From positions 129,854 through 193,853 of the forward strand of contig JBAZUT010000001.1 of NCBI GenBank assembly GCA_041661265.1: a stretch of DNA of 64,000 nt, read 5' to 3'. Below are positions 36,420 to 47,739 of the stretch, one piece after another. The DNA is from Minisyncoccota bacterium. Lineage in GTDB: Bacteria; Patescibacteriota; Minisyncoccia; JAHIHE01; JAGLIN01. Every line of letters begins with the position of its first letter. The first letter of the stretch is position 1. Under the pieces are notes generated by a model, which did not search any database, was not told the DNA's origin, and saw nothing but the letters and a program-made list of their open reading frames with translations. Both the position numbers and the translations under genes were made by a program.

Positions 36420-39400
36420 TTATTCGCCTTGCGCGATCCTTCCTTTATATCCTGTCCCGGATGGGATCAGTCTTCCAATGATCACGTTTTCCTTGAGTCC
36501 CCTCAGCTTGTCTTCTTTTCCGGTTATCGCAGCGTTTATGAGAACGCGCGCTGTTTCCTGGAACGATGCCGAAGACAGGAAGCTCTCGGTGGTCAGCGAC
36601 GCTTTCGTGATCCCGAGCAGGATCTGATCATGAGTCGCTTTCTTTTTGATCTTATCGGTAATAGCTTTGTTCTTCTTGTTATCCGCTAAAACTCTGTCAT
36701 TCGCATCAAGAAGCTGGGCTTTCTCTACAACGTCTCCGATCAGAAGGTTCGTATCTCCCGGATCCTTGATGCGGACCCTTGATAGCATCTGGCGTATGAT
36801 TATCTCGATGTGCTTATCATCGATCCCCTCTCCCTGCGCCGTATATACCTGCTGAACTTCCTTGATGATATATTTTTTCACAGCTTCGATGCCCTTGAGA
36901 AGGAACAGCTCCTGAAGATCCACATGTCCCTCAACCAACTGCTGTCCAATGGTCACAAGATCTCCCTTGTTGACCAGAAGCGCAGTGTCTTTAGTGACTG
37001 TGTAGCTCCTTATATCATCGACTTTCTCCTTTGCCGACAGCGCTTCGACTCCCGGATTGAATTTTATCTTTATGGTTTTCTTTTCAAGACCTTCTTCGAT
37101 CTCATCAACTTTGCCATCAACTTCCGCGATGACTGCCTTGCCTTTCGGAAGCCTTGCTTCGAATATTTCCTCAACCCTCGGAAGTCCCTGAGTGATATCT
37201 TTTCCGGCAACACCTCCGCTGTGGAATGTCCTCATGGTAAGCTGGGTTCCGGGTTCTCCGATCGCCTGCGCGGTAACGATGCCGACGGCCTGTCCGATCT
37301 CCACCATCTTATTCCTTCCAAGATCGAATCCATAGCACATCTGACAAAGCCCTCTTCTTGTCTTGCAATCCACAACGCTTCGGACAAACACGCTCTTCAC
37401 TCCAAGCTTCTCGATCAGCTTTGCATCATCCTTGCTGATCTGCCCGCCCGCTTTGACTATGGCTTTCCCTGATTTGGGATTCTTTATATCCGCAAACGCC
37501 GTCCTTCCTGCGATCCTCATGGAAAGCCTCCTTCCAATATCTTCATGTTCTTCGGCAATGATCTCCATTGACGTCGGGTCTCCGCAATCATGTTCATGGA
37601 CGATAACATCCTGCGCAACATCGACAAGCCTTCTCGTAAGATATCCTGCGGTCGAGGTCCTGAGAGCCGTGTCGGCCATTCCTTTTCTTGTGCCGTGGGT
37701 GGAAATGAAATATTCCAGCACGTTGAATCCTTCCTTGTAACTGCTCTTTATCGGAAGTTCGATCGTCTCTCCGGACGGGTTCACAACGAGCCCCTTCATG
37801 CCGGTCATCTGGGTTATAACAGCCCAGTTGCTTCGTGCGCCGGAATTGATCATGTACGCGACAGGACTGGCTTCTCCGATAGTTCCGGGCGTCATTTTCG
37901 ATATCGTATTCTTTACGGCGGTCCAGACTTCGATCGCTTTTATCCTTCTTTCATTATTCGTGAGAAGTCCTTCTTCATATTGATTCCTGATCTCTTCGAT
38001 CTTGCCGTCAGCTTCCTTGAAAATGGCTTTCTTTTCTCCCGGAATCTTCAGGTCATCCATTCCCCAGCTGATTCCCGACCTTGTCGCATAATAGAATCCA
38101 AGTTCTTTTATCTTATCGACGAGCAACACGGTTTTTTCCGCGCCTAACAGTTCGAGAGAATCGGCAACAACCGCCTTCAGGGATGAGGAATCCATGACCT
38201 TATTGATGAACCTCAGTTCATCCGGCAAAGAGTTGTTGAATATTATCCTTCCGACGGAAGTTTCAATATATTTTCCGCTCTTTTCTTCCGCAGTCAGATA
38301 TTTCGAAGGATAGTCCTTTATCACCGAAGTCTTCAGTTTTACCTTTGAAACCAGATCGATCATACCAAGCTCATAAGACATTATGGCTTCGTCAAAATTA
38401 TTGAAAGCCTTGCCCTCTCCCTTTTTGCCGTCGATCATCTTGGTTATATAGTAGCATCCGAGAACTATGTCCTGGCTCGGCGTCACGATCGGATCTCCGG
38501 TCGCAGGCTTTAGAAGATTCCTTGCCGAAAGCATGATCTCCCTGGACTCTTTCTGCGCTTCTTCGGTGAGAGGAAGATGGACAGCCATCTGGTCTCCATC
38601 GAAGTCGGCATTGAACGCCTTGCAGACCATCGGATGGATCTGGATCGCTTTTCCCTCGATCAGCACCGGATAGAATGCCTGGATACCGAGCCTGTGCAAA
38701 GTCGGAGCGCGGTTCAAAAGTACCGCTTTATTCTGGATCACTTCTTCGAGGATATCCCACACTTCGTTTATACCCTGTTCTATCAATTTATTTGCGCTCC
38801 TCACATTATATGCAAAACCTCTTTCAATAAGTTCTTTCATTACGAACGGCTTGAAAAGTTCAAGGGCCATTTTCTTCGGAAGTCCGCACTGGTCCAGCCT
38901 CAAAGTCGGACCGATGACGATAACGGAACGCGCAGAATAGTCAACGCGTTTTCCAAGAAGGTTCTGTCTGAATCTTCCCTGTTTTCCTTTCAACATGTCC
39001 GCAAGAGACCTCAGCTGCCTCTTTTTGCCGGTTGCGGCCATAGTTGCCTGGCCTTTTCTCGCGCTGTTATCTATAAGAGCGTCAACAGCTTCCTGAAGCA
39101 TCCTTTTTTCGTTCCTGGAAATGACTTCGGGAGCCCCGAGCTCGATCAATTTCTTCAGACGATTATTTCTGTTTATCACTCTTCTATATAGGTCATTGAG
39201 ATCGGATGTCGCAAATCTTCCTCCGTCAAGCTGAACCATCGGGCGAAGGTCGGGAGGTATCACGGGAAGGACATCAAGACACATCCATTGCGGCTTGATC
39301 CCCGCTTTTATGAATCCCTGCACGACTCTCAATCTCTTCATGGTCTTTTTCCTCTGAGCTGAGGCATTTGGGATCTCATCGAGGTCTTTCTCAAGTTTTC

Positions 39401-40106
39401 TGGAAAGTTTGGGAAGATCAACCTCTTCCAATACTTTTCTGATCGCGCCGGTTCCGATATCGGCTCTGAAAACCGAAGCATATTTCAAAGACAGAGTTCT
39501 GTATTCCATTTCAGAGATCACCTTCAATTTCTTGATGCTCTTCAGATCTTCTTTCGCTTTGTCCCTCGCTTCTTTGAGTTCGTTCAATTCCGGAACGGTC
39601 AATTTTGATTTTCCCGCCTTTGCCCTGGATTTATATTCCGCTTCTATCTGATCAGATACCACCTTTCTTTCCTCTTCGTTCACATTGGTAATGAGGTAGC
39701 TTGCAAAATAGACGACTTTCTCGAGATTCTGGACAGACATATCAAGCGTAAGACCGATGCTCGAAGGAACACCCCTGAGAAACCAGATATGCGCCACCGG
39801 AACGGCAAGCTTGATGTGCCCCATTCTTTCCCTTCTTACGATCGACTTGGTCACTTCGACCCCGCATTTATCGCAGACGATCCCCTTGTATCTTATCCTT
39901 TTGTATTTTCCGCAATAGCATTCCCAGTCTTTCGTCGGACCAAAAATTTTCTCGCAGAACAGCCCGTCCTTTTCAGGCCTCTGAGTCCTGTAATTGATCG
40001 TCTCGGGTTTCGTCACTTCCCCGGTTGACCACTCCAGGATCTCCTCCGGACTTGCGAGTTTAAGCCTTACGGCATTAAAATCTTCAACCTTAGTGTTTAT
40101 TGACAT
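36420..40106 (-). CDS. rpoC: RNA polymerase beta' subunit
   Basis: NADFDGD catalytic motif, zinc-binding CYCGKY/CDKC, GEPGTQLTMRTFH. Confidence 0.99.
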   Translation of the reverse strand: MSINTKVEDFNAVRLKLASPEEILEWSTGEVTKPETINYRTQRPEKDGLFCEKIFGPTKDWECYCGKYKRIRYKGIVCDKCGVEVTKSIVRRERMGHIKLAVPVAHIWFLRGVPSSIGLTLDMSVQNLEKVVYFASYLITNVNEEERKVVSDQIEAEYKSRAKAGKSKLTVPELNELKEARDKAKEDLKSIKKLKVISEMEYRTLSLKYASVFRADIGTGAIRKVLEEVDLPKLSRKLEKDLDEIPNASAQRKKTMKRLRVVQGFIKAGIKPQWMCLDVLPVIPPDLRPMVQLDGGRFATSDLNDLYRRVINRNNRLKKLIELGAPEVISRNEKRMLQEAVDALIDNSARKGQATMAATGKKRQLRSLADMLKGKQGRFRQNLLGKRVDYSARSVIVIGPTLRLDQCGLPKKMALELFKPFVMKELIERGFAYNVRSANKLIEQGINEVWDILEEVIQNKAVLLNRAPTLHRLGIQAFYPVLIEGKAIQIHPMVCKAFNADFDGDQMAVHLPLTEEAQKESREIMLSARNLLKPATGDPIVTPSQDIVLGCYYITKMIDGKKGEGKAFNNFDEAIMSYELGMIDLVSKVKLKTSVIKDYPSKYLTAEEKSGKYIETSVGRIIFNNSLPDELRFINKVMDSSSLKAVVADSLELLGAEKTVLLVDKIKELGFYYATRSGISWGMDDLKIPGEKKAIFKEADGKIEEIRNQYEEGLLTNNERRIKAIEVWTAVKNTISKMTPGTIGEASPVAYMINSGARSNWAVITQMTGMKGLVVNPSGETIELPIKSSYKEGFNVLEYFISTHGTRKGMADTALRTSTAGYLTRRLVDVAQDVIVHEHDCGDPTSMEIIAEEHEDIGRRLSMRIAGRTAFADIKNPKSGKAIVKAGGQISKDDAKLIEKLGVKSVFVRSVVDCKTRRGLCQMCYGFDLGRNKMVEIGQAVGIVTAQAIGEPGTQLTMRTFHSGGVAGKDITQGLPRVEEIFEARLPKGKAVIAEVDGKVDEIEEGLEKKTIKIKFNPGVEALSAKEKVDDIRSYTVTKDTALLVNKGDLVTIGQQLVEGHVDLQELFLLKGIEAVKKYIIKEVQQVYTAQGEGIDDKHIEIIIRQMLSRVRIKDPGDTNLLIGDVVEKAQLLDANDRVLADNKKNKAITDKIKKKATHDQILLGITKASLTTESFLSSASFQETARVLINAAITGKEDKLRGLKENVIIGRLIPSGTGYKGRIAQGE

Positions 40107-40155
40107 GATTTATGAAATTATAAATAAATTTATTGAAAATTTTTGTGTCCGAAAA

Positions 40156-43100
40156 CTACTTTGCTTCCTTGGGTTCGGCTTCCGCGATCCCCTCTTCCGG
40201 AATTTCAACTTTCTTCGCACCCATCAGCTCGACGTCGAGAGCAAGCGCCTTGAGCTCGTTCACAAGAACATGGAACGAAGCCGGAACATGCGGACTTTTG
40301 ATCTTCTCTCCCTTGATTATCGATTCATAGGCCTTGGACCTGCCGAGAACATCGTCCGACTTTATGGTCAGGACTTCCTGCAAAGTGTGAGCCGCTCCAT
40401 ATCCTTCCAGCGCCCAGACTTCCATTTCTCCGAATCTCTGTCCGCCAAATTGCGCTTTTCCTCCGAGAGGCTGCTGTGTTATCAAAGAGTACGGACCGAT
40501 AGACCTCATATGGATCTTGTCCTCGACCAAGTGGTTCAGTTTCATTATATATACGATCCCGACCGTCACTTTGTTGTCGAATTTTCTCCCGGTCTTGCCG
40601 TCATAAAGATCAACTTTTCCGTCGGTCGGAAGTCCCGCTTTTTCAAGCTCGCGTTTTATTTCCCCTTCGGTTATTCCGTCCAGCGCCGGGCACGCAACCT
40701 TATAACCGAGCTTCTGAGCGGCCCAGCCAAGATGCGTTTCAAGGATCTGGCCGATGTTCATACGGCTGGCGACTCCCAACGGATTCAGGATGACATCAAC
40801 CGGGGTTCCGTCCTCGAGGTATGGCATATCTTCAACCGGAAGGATCTTCGAGATGACACCTTTGTTCCCGTGACGCCCCGCAAGCTTGTCTCCGACCTGT
40901 ACTTTCCTGAGCTGCGCCACGCTGACCTGGATCGTTTTTATGATCCCCGAGGAAAGCTTGTCTCCCTGCTCTCTTGAAAATATCTTGATATCGACGACTT
41001 TTCCCTGTTCGCCGTGCTGCAGATACAATGAAGTGTCTTTCACGTCTCTCGCTTTTTCTCCGAAGATGGATCGGAGTAATCTTTCTTCCGCAGTCAGATC
41101 GCTTTCGCCTTTAGGCGTTATCTTTCCGACCAAAATATCTCCAGACCTGACTTCCGCTCCGACTCGGATGATCCCGTCTTCATCAAGATCTTTCAATTTT
41201 TCTTCTCCGACGTTCGGGATGTCCCTGGTGATGACCTCCGGACCCAGCTTGGTATCCCTGACATCGATTGAGAAATCTTCGATATGGATCGAACTGAATC
41301 GGTCATCTTCCACAACTTTTTCGGATATTATGATGGCGTCCTCAAAATTCGCGCCTTCCCACGGAACGAAGGAAACAAGAAGATTCTGGCCCAATGCAAG
41401 TTCTCCGTTCTGCGTTGCGGCTCCATCGGCGAGGATATCTCCCTTTTTCACCATCTCCCCTTTTCCGACCCTTGGGTGCTGGGTCATAGAGGTTGCGGAA
41501 TTGGACCTTACAAAATTATATAGATTATATTCATCGAATCCTGATTTATGCTTTATCTTTATATGAGAACCGTCCACCTCGACGACTTCTCCCGGCTCCT
41601 TGGCAAGGATCACATGCCCCGAATCGACTGCTGCTTTCATCTCAAGCCCGGTTCCGACAACCGGAGAATCCGGCAAAATGCATGACACGGCTTGTCGTTG
41701 CATGTTCGAACCCATGAGCGCCCTGTGCGCATCATCGTGTTCAAGGAACGGTATGAGAGATGTTGCGACGCTGATCGCCTGATTGGGAGACACATCGGCA
41801 TAATCGACTTCCTTCGCATTGATAATTCCCGGCCTGCCCTTGATCCTGGCTTGTACTTCCGTTTCAGTGAACTTTCCGCTCTCGTCAGTGGGAACGCTGG
41901 CATGCGCGATCGAAGCTTCTTCTTCAACCGCCGCATCGAGATATACAACCTCGTCTGTAACTCTTCCGTTGACAACTTTCCTGTACGGTGTTTCCAAAAA
42001 ACCAAAATCATTCACCTTGCTGTAAATCGAAAGATGTCCGACTAATCCGATGTTCGGACCTTCAGGGGTCTGAATCGGGCAGATCCTTCCATAATGGCTT
42101 CTGTGCACATCACGCACCTCGAACCCGGCTCTTTCCCTTGTGAGTCCTCCCGGACCCATGGCAGAAAGCCGTCTTTTGTGTTCAAGCTCGGCAAGAGGAT
42201 TGACCTGATCCATGAACTGGCACAATTGGCTGGACATGAAAAACTCCCTGATCACAGCAATGAGAGGCCTGGTGTTTATGAATTGAGCAGGGGTCGCCGT
42301 ATTTGAATCTATGGTGCTCATCCTGTCCTTTATATTCCTTTCAACCCTCATCAGCCCCAAGCGGAACCTTTCCTGGATAAGCTCTCCGACCGATCTCGTT
42401 CTTCTGTTTCCGAGATGATCGATATCGTCTGCCGAAGCATTTATGGAATTATTCAATTTGATGATCTCCTTGACCGCCAGAATAAGATCGTTCGGCTGGA
42501 AAACCCTATGCTCCACTTTATCAGCAAGGTCGATCTTCAATCTCTGGTTGATCTTGTGGCGTCCGACTTTTCCCAAATCATACCTGTCGAATTTGAAGAA
42601 CATGCCTTCGATCAACTGCTTGGCATTGTCAGATGTCGCAAGGTCTCCCGGCCTTATTCTTTTGTAAACCTCAATAAATCCTTCGGCCTGTGATTTGGCG
42701 ACGTCCTTCTTGATGGTTTCGGTTATAAACTTGATCTCTCCCGTATCAACATCCGAGAACAGCTTCAAGAGCTGTTCGTCAGTACCGTTCCCAAACGCTC
42801 TCATGAGGGATGTTATTGCAACTTTCCTTTTCTTGTCGATCCTTACAAAGATCGCTCCACTGGATTCCGTATCGATCTCAAGCCATGCGCCGCGCGTCGG
42901 GATCAATTTCGCCCCGAAGAATTTTTTCTCTTCCTTCTCGCTCGAGTAATGGAAAAACACGCCGGGCGATTTGATCAGCTGGCTCACCACGACTCGCTCC
43001 ACTCCGTTTATCACAAAAGTGCCCCGATCCGTCATGATCGGAAATTCTCCAAAATATATTTCCTGTTCCTTGGATGCTTTGGTTTTCTTGTTTATCAGGT

Positions 43101-43386
43101 TCACTTTGCATCGGAGCGGAGCTTCATATGAAATGTTTTTCTTCTTTGATGTTTCTTCGTCGTATTTTACTTTGTCGAGATAGTAATCGACAAATTCCAA
43201 TTCCAGTTCTTTATTAAAGCTGACCACCGGAGAAACTTCTTCCAGAAGTTCCCTGAGTCCTTTTTCGATAAACCACTTATATGATTGTATCTGCGACTCG
43301 ATCAGAAATGGCGGCTCCACCACTTCTCTTCTTTTTCTAAAAAATCTTCGCGTTGATCTTAATGGTAGCAGGTCTTTTTTGGGCAT
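40156..43386 (-). CDS. rpoB: RNA polymerase beta subunit
   Basis: [43 protein letters not shown]. Confidence 0.99.
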   Translation of the reverse strand: MPKKDLLPLRSTRRFFRKRREVVEPPFLIESQIQSYKWFIEKGLRELLEEVSPVVSFNKELELEFVDYYLDKVKYDEETSKKKNISYEAPLRCKVNLINKKTKASKEQEIYFGEFPIMTDRGTFVINGVERVVVSQLIKSPGVFFHYSSEKEEKKFFGAKLIPTRGAWLEIDTESSGAIFVRIDKKRKVAITSLMRAFGNGTDEQLLKLFSDVDTGEIKFITETIKKDVAKSQAEGFIEVYKRIRPGDLATSDNAKQLIEGMFFKFDRYDLGKVGRHKINQRLKIDLADKVEHRVFQPNDLILAVKEIIKLNNSINASADDIDHLGNRRTRSVGELIQERFRLGLMRVERNIKDRMSTIDSNTATPAQFINTRPLIAVIREFFMSSQLCQFMDQVNPLAELEHKRRLSAMGPGGLTRERAGFEVRDVHRSHYGRICPIQTPEGPNIGLVGHLSIYSKVNDFGFLETPYRKVVNGRVTDEVVYLDAAVEEEASIAHASVPTDESGKFTETEVQARIKGRPGIINAKEVDYADVSPNQAISVATSLIPFLEHDDAHRALMGSNMQRQAVSCILPDSPVVGTGLEMKAAVDSGHVILAKEPGEVVEVDGSHIKIKHKSGFDEYNLYNFVRSNSATSMTQHPRVGKGEMVKKGDILADGAATQNGELALGQNLLVSFVPWEGANFEDAIIISEKVVEDDRFSSIHIEDFSIDVRDTKLGPEVITRDIPNVGEEKLKDLDEDGIIRVGAEVRSGDILVGKITPKGESDLTAEERLLRSIFGEKARDVKDTSLYLQHGEQGKVVDIKIFSREQGDKLSSGIIKTIQVSVAQLRKVQVGDKLAGRHGNKGVISKILPVEDMPYLEDGTPVDVILNPLGVASRMNIGQILETHLGWAAQKLGYKVACPALDGITEGEIKRELEKAGLPTDGKVDLYDGKTGRKFDNKVTVGIVYIMKLNHLVEDKIHMRSIGPYSLITQQPLGGKAQFGGQRFGEMEVWALEGYGAAHTLQEVLTIKSDDVLGRSKAYESIIKGEKIKSPHVPASFHVLVNELKALALDVELMGAKKVEIPEEGIAEAEPKEAK

Positions 43387-43500
43387 GTTCTTTTAGATTA
43401 TGCTTGAAATAAATATATAATAAATTATTTTACAAAGTGAATTTTGATCTATTTTTGATCTACTATCGATATCCTGTTATTATCTATGCAAAAATATTTT

Positions 43501-43559
43501 TTAAGATACAAAAACAAGCCAAAACAGCGCGCGCTGTCGGCACAACTCCATAACTCCTT
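43501..43559 (-). promoter_or_regulatory. rpoB leader: SD + 16-aa uORF overlapping a terminator-like hairpin
   Basis: AAGGAG-tt-ATG (43551) MELCRQRALFWLVFVS*; hairpin 43518-43541 followed by TTGTTTTT. Confidence 0.45.
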
Positions 43560-43619
43560 CTAAATTGTTTTATAAATCATAAAGTTTAAGTTTTTAACTT
43601 CAAACTTAGATATATGTAT

Positions 43620-43647
43620 ATTATATACGAATAAATAATCCTGTCAA
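43620..43647 (-). promoter_or_regulatory. rpoBC promoter
   Basis: TTGACA-N16-TATAAT. Confidence 0.6.
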
Positions 43648-43702
43648 GCCGGTCTGCCAGCCAAAAAACACCCCTCCCTGGCCTGATTCCCCCATGCTCC
43701 AT

Positions 43703-43900
43703 TTATGTCCCCGCACTCATTTCTAAAAAATTGCCTTGCAGGGATAATTTGATATCCACAATACCTCCACAATGAGGACATCTCGTTAAGAAAGACACCT
43801 CTCCTGACATATCCTTTTTTTCGACATTTTTTAACAATACTCCGTTACATTTCGCGCAATGCACCAATTGATCGTGCTTTCTGTATTCGGTCGTTTTCAT
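43703..43900 (-). CDS. Small zinc-ribbon protein
   Basis: CAKC...CPHC. Confidence 0.65.
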   Translation of the reverse strand: MKTTEYRKHDQLVHCAKCNGVLLKNVEKKDMSGEVSFLTRCPHCGGIVDIKLSLQGNFLEMSAGT

Positions 43901-44143
43901 CTGTATTTGGTTATTATCTTAGTATGTGAAGTTTCTGATGTATTTATTGTATCATCGGGGATTGTATTATTCAATACACGGTCAATATCATATCCTATAA
44001 TACACAGATGTTTCTTTTTGTGATCGCTTAAATGTATTTTACACGATCTTTATGTTTATTACTGGCCAATAATGAGTCCTATAATCTACACAATGCATAT
44101 AGATATTTACATCTGTTAAATCGTATGATAAAATATATAAAAG

Positions 44144-44152
44144 TTATCCACA
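44144..44152 (+). promoter_or_regulatory. Perfect DnaA box
   Basis: TTATCCACA in the AT-rich divergent intergenic region. Confidence 0.4.
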
Positions 44153-44266
44153 GGCGATTCTAGCTATTGTTTCAACAATTCTTAACATGCTATTACTCGT
44201 ATTATTTCAATTTTATCTGAATCACTTTAATCGAACTCCCTTGACCAGCAATAATCAATAATATCC

Positions 44267-46585
44267 ATGATTTTCGGCAATTTCAAAAAATCAATTGAAA
44301 CAATAATCAAAAAACGCCCCTCGTCCAAGATCGTCGGGGCTATAAATGACAATATCCTTGAAAGCGAGAGAAGGTACAGGGAACTCGCGGATTCCCTGCC
44401 ACAGATCATATTCGAAACCGATCCCGGTTTCAATCTGACCTTTCTTAACAATAATGCCATTTCGGTTTTTGGCTATAACAGCAATGATTATGCGAACGGA
44501 ATGAGCTTTGACAAGTTGTTTGTGGAAGAAAATGCCATCAAGATCAAAGATTGCACCATAGACTTCATCAGAAAAAAAAAGTTCCATTCTTGCGAAAAGA
44601 TCGCAAAGAAAAAAGATGGCGGCACATTCCCCGCCCTTATACATATCTCTTCTATTTTAAATGAAAGAAAAGAATTTGACGGGCTCAGGGGAATAATAAT
44701 CGATATTTCCGACAGAAAAGAAATGGAAGAATTGCTGAAAGAAAGCGAGGAAAAGTACCGGAACATCATCGAAGATTCAAATGATCCCATTTGGGTCGGA
44801 GACCTCAGAGGAAATATAACATTTTTCAACAAAGAAGCTGAAAAATTATTCGGCTATCAATTGGGTGAGCTCGAAAACAGAAGCTACGAGCCGTTAATCC
44901 CGAGGGAGGATCTGCCACGCTTAAAAAAAATAATAGTATCCGCTTTTTCCGGAAATCCAGAACAGTTTGAGGTTAAAATAAAACAGAAGAGCGGCCAATT
45001 GATCGACGTCTGGATTAAGCTTAACGCTCTCTATAAGAATGGAAAGATCGAGGGCCTGATAGCTATCGGCAGGAACATCACGGAAAAAAAGAAGTCTGAA
45101 AATCTTCTGATCGAAAGCGAAGAGCGATACCGCACAATGGTTGAAAACTCGAATGACATGATCTATATTCTTGATACGCAAGGCAAGATCACCTACATAA
45201 ACCCTGCGGCCGAAATATGCAGTGGCATGAAAAAAGAAGAAATAATAGGACAAAGCTACACATTAATGCTATCCCCCGCGGATATTCCCAGAATAAAGGA
45301 TATTTTCACCAGGACATTGCGGGGAGAAAAAAACAATTATGAAGCAAAGGTCAATAAGGCTGACGGAAGTTCGCTGATCTTATCAGTGAATACGGCACCA
45401 ATATACAAGGACGAAAAAATTATCGGCACTGTAAGTTTTGCAAAAGACATTACTGAGGAAAAAATTTCTAAAAACCTGCTATTGGAAAGCGAGGAAAGAT
45501 ATCGTACGCTAGTCGAAAATTCAAATGATGTCATTTGGTCGTTGGACACGAACGGCAAGTTTGTTTATATAAACAAAGCAGCTGAATCAATAAGTGGGTA
45601 TAGGCCCGAGGAGGTGGTAGGTGCAAGCTTTGAACTTCTGCTTTTTACAGAAGATATTGACCGGATCAGAGCTATTTTTCAAAGCGTTATGTCCGGAAAT
45701 GTCAATAAATACGAAATCAGGGTAAAAAAGAAAAATGGAGACATCTTTATATTATCCGTAAATACCGCGCCGATATTCAAAAAAGACCAGATAATCGGAA
45801 CGGTAAGCTGCGGAAGGGATATTACCGAACAAAAAGCGCAAGAAAAAGAACTGCAGAAGGAATACTCTTTCAGAAAATCCATTGAACACTCGCTTCTTGT
45901 AGGAATTGCGATTGTCGATCTTGAGAGAGTTATGACATATGTCAACCCCGCTTTTTGCACGATGACCGGATACAACGAGGAAGAGCTGCTCGGCAAGAAA
46001 CCGCCATTTGTTTTTTGGCATCCGGACGATGCGCAAGCGATCTCGGAGGGATTAAAAAAGAAGGTTAGAGGAGAGGTCCCAATGCGCAGTTTCGAATTGA
46101 AATTCCGTAAAAAAAACGGAGAAACGCTTTTCGTACTGGGACTGCACTCCCCCATTAAGAACAGCAAGGGAGAACCGACCGCCTGGATGGCTGTATTTTT
46201 CGACATAACAGAAAGAAAAGAGCGGGAAAAGGAACTGACCAAAATGAAAAAGGCGGTTGAATACTCGAATGAGGTCATCTTCATGACGGATAAAGACGGG
46301 GTAATTACTTTTATAAATCCGGAATTCACGAAAATCTATGGATATGATAAAAACGAAATCATTGGAAAAGCAAGTTATAAGCTTCTAAGGGGTCATGAAA
46401 TAAGCGATAAAGAACACGAAGACCTGAAACAAAAGATCTTTGCGAGACAGGTTATAAAAAGCAAGATACTGAACAAGACGAAAGATGGCAGATTGATCAG
46501 AATAGAAGATTACACCAACCCGATCGTTGATGATAAAAATAATCTGATCGGATTCCTTGCGATCCAGCATGAAGCTGAAGGATAA
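44267..46585 (+). CDS. Tandem six-PAS/PAC sensor protein with no output domain
   Basis: Repeated EERYRxxVENSND...DITE units; the ORF ends with the sixth PAS. Confidence 0.88.
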   Translation: MIFGNFKKSIETIIKKRPSSKIVGAINDNILESERRYRELADSLPQIIFETDPGFNLTFLNNNAISVFGYNSNDYANGMSFDKLFVEENAIKIKDCTIDFIRKKKFHSCEKIAKKKDGGTFPALIHISSILNERKEFDGLRGIIIDISDRKEMEELLKESEEKYRNIIEDSNDPIWVGDLRGNITFFNKEAEKLFGYQLGELENRSYEPLIPREDLPRLKKIIVSAFSGNPEQFEVKIKQKSGQLIDVWIKLNALYKNGKIEGLIAIGRNITEKKKSENLLIESEERYRTMVENSNDMIYILDTQGKITYINPAAEICSGMKKEEIIGQSYTLMLSPADIPRIKDIFTRTLRGEKNNYEAKVNKADGSSLILSVNTAPIYKDEKIIGTVSFAKDITEEKISKNLLLESEERYRTLVENSNDVIWSLDTNGKFVYINKAAESISGYRPEEVVGASFELLLFTEDIDRIRAIFQSVMSGNVNKYEIRVKKKNGDIFILSVNTAPIFKKDQIIGTVSCGRDITEQKAQEKELQKEYSFRKSIEHSLLVGIAIVDLERVMTYVNPAFCTMTGYNEEELLGKKPPFVFWHPDDAQAISEGLKKKVRGEVPMRSFELKFRKKNGETLFVLGLHSPIKNSKGEPTAWMAVFFDITERKEREKELTKMKKAVEYSNEVIFMTDKDGVITFINPEFTKIYGYDKNEIIGKASYKLLRGHEISDKEHEDLKQKIFARQVIKSKILNKTKDGRLIRIEDYTNPIVDDKNNLIGFLAIQHEAEG

Positions 46586-46603
46586 CAACTAATTTTCATA
46601 ATA

Positions 46604-47005
46604 ATGCCTTTTGTAAAAAACATCACAACCCAAGACAATGGCAGAAACAACAATCCAAGATGCATCGACAATCTGGGTAAATATCTGAAAAAGATAAGAA
46701 TAGACAATGGATACAGCATACGCTACGTCGCAAAGAAGAACAACATCTCTCCCAGTTATCTTTCGAAGATCGAGAATGGCAGCTTTTTCAATACGATCGG
46801 GATCAGTACGCTCGTTAGCCTCTCCGAATTCTATGGCATATCGATCTCATCGATGCTTGAAGAAGCGGGTTTCACGAAAAAACAATCGGATTTCCTTCCG
46901 GACTTTACTCAATATCTTCGAACCAGATATAAAATGTCCCCGCAGGCGATTCGGGATCTGGAACTGGCAAAAGAAATAATAGATAAAAAATATATGCATA
47001 ATTAG
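46604..47005 (+). CDS. XRE-family HTH transcriptional regulator
   Basis: LGKYLKKIR...SIRYVAKKNNISPSYLSKIENG. Confidence 0.88.
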   Translation: MPFVKNITTQDNGRNNNPRCIDNLGKYLKKIRIDNGYSIRYVAKKNNISPSYLSKIENGSFFNTIGISTLVSLSEFYGISISSMLEEAGFTKKQSDFLPDFTQYLRTRYKMSPQAIRDLELAKEIIDKKYMHN

Positions 47006-47034
47006 TATCGATCTTCTCAAATATGGATACCCTA

Positions 47035-47071
47035 AACAAAAAACCTTCCCGAACAGAAAGGTTTTTTTGTT
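47035..47071. terminator. Bidirectional terminator
   Basis: AACAAAAAACCTT...AAGGTTTTTTTGTT. Confidence 0.75.
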
Positions 47072-47395
47072 ACATCTCGCATTTCCACTTTACAGACCTT
47101 TGACTTTAGAGACTTTCGACTATCAACCCTACATCCCTATGTTCTTCACCCACCCGAAGGTGTTCTCGAAGTTGGTGATGATGATCTGGACGACAGATTT
47201 ATTTTTCTCGCAAAGAGTGTTTTTCGTTTTGTCATAGTGTTCTTAATATTATTATTGGACGGTCCGAAAGCGGGATCTTATCAAAGAAATACCGCGAAGA
47301 GCTATCTTTCCGGTATTCTTATATTTAACATGAAGATCTTTGATTTCAAGCATATCGGCTCATTAAAGTGGAGTGAAATCTGCCACGAACCTGCT

Positions 47396-47671
47396 CTAAA
47401 AAAACCCATTACAGCCTATGAAAAGAGTGTCATTCTCACTGTTGTCCCGGATAGCCTGATTATCAGTTATGACGCAGTCTTCTTCGTTCTTGCTGTCGCT
47501 CAGGACGCTTCCTTCTCTTCCGATACTTGCGGCATTCTTCAATCTTGATCCGGCATCCCCGAGATTAATGACCGAAGATAGAAAGATCACACCCAGACTG
47601 AAACCGAACAGCATGCAAAGCAAAGTGTACGATATTCTTTTTTTTAAATTATCGGTATGGGTCATAAGCAT
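47396..47671 (-). CDS. Small single-TM hypothetical protein
   Basis: TM segment and C-terminal C...IGCNGFF; start shortened to avoid overlap with the upstream gene. Confidence 0.55.
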   Translation of the reverse strand: MLMTHTDNLKKRISYTLLCMLFGFSLGVIFLSSVINLGDAGSRLKNAASIGREGSVLSDSKNEEDCVITDNQAIRDNSENDTLFIGCNGFF

Positions 47672-47739
47672 ATGCTTATTTGTTATGGATACATTGTACC
47701 ACAACCTAATAATATTCTCAACAAATTTGGCAACTGAGA

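Noticed and set aside
42150-42250. rpoB rifampicin-region differences (SQLCQ, LAELEH)
   Set aside because: The key Q, D, H and S positions are retained; the differences look like lineage variation and resistance cannot be inferred
36391-43183. Long plus-strand ORFs opposite rpoBC (e.g. 39994-40977)
   Set aside because: Antisense shadows caused by codon bias
43900-44266. Possible oriC (AT-rich region with a DnaA box)
   Set aside because: Only one perfect box, and no dnaA or dnaN nearby
47100-47395. Possible small ORF or RNA between the XRE terminator and the next gene
   Set aside because: The only ATG-led frame I found is 29 codons with no SD; the hairpins are weak and no family is recognisable
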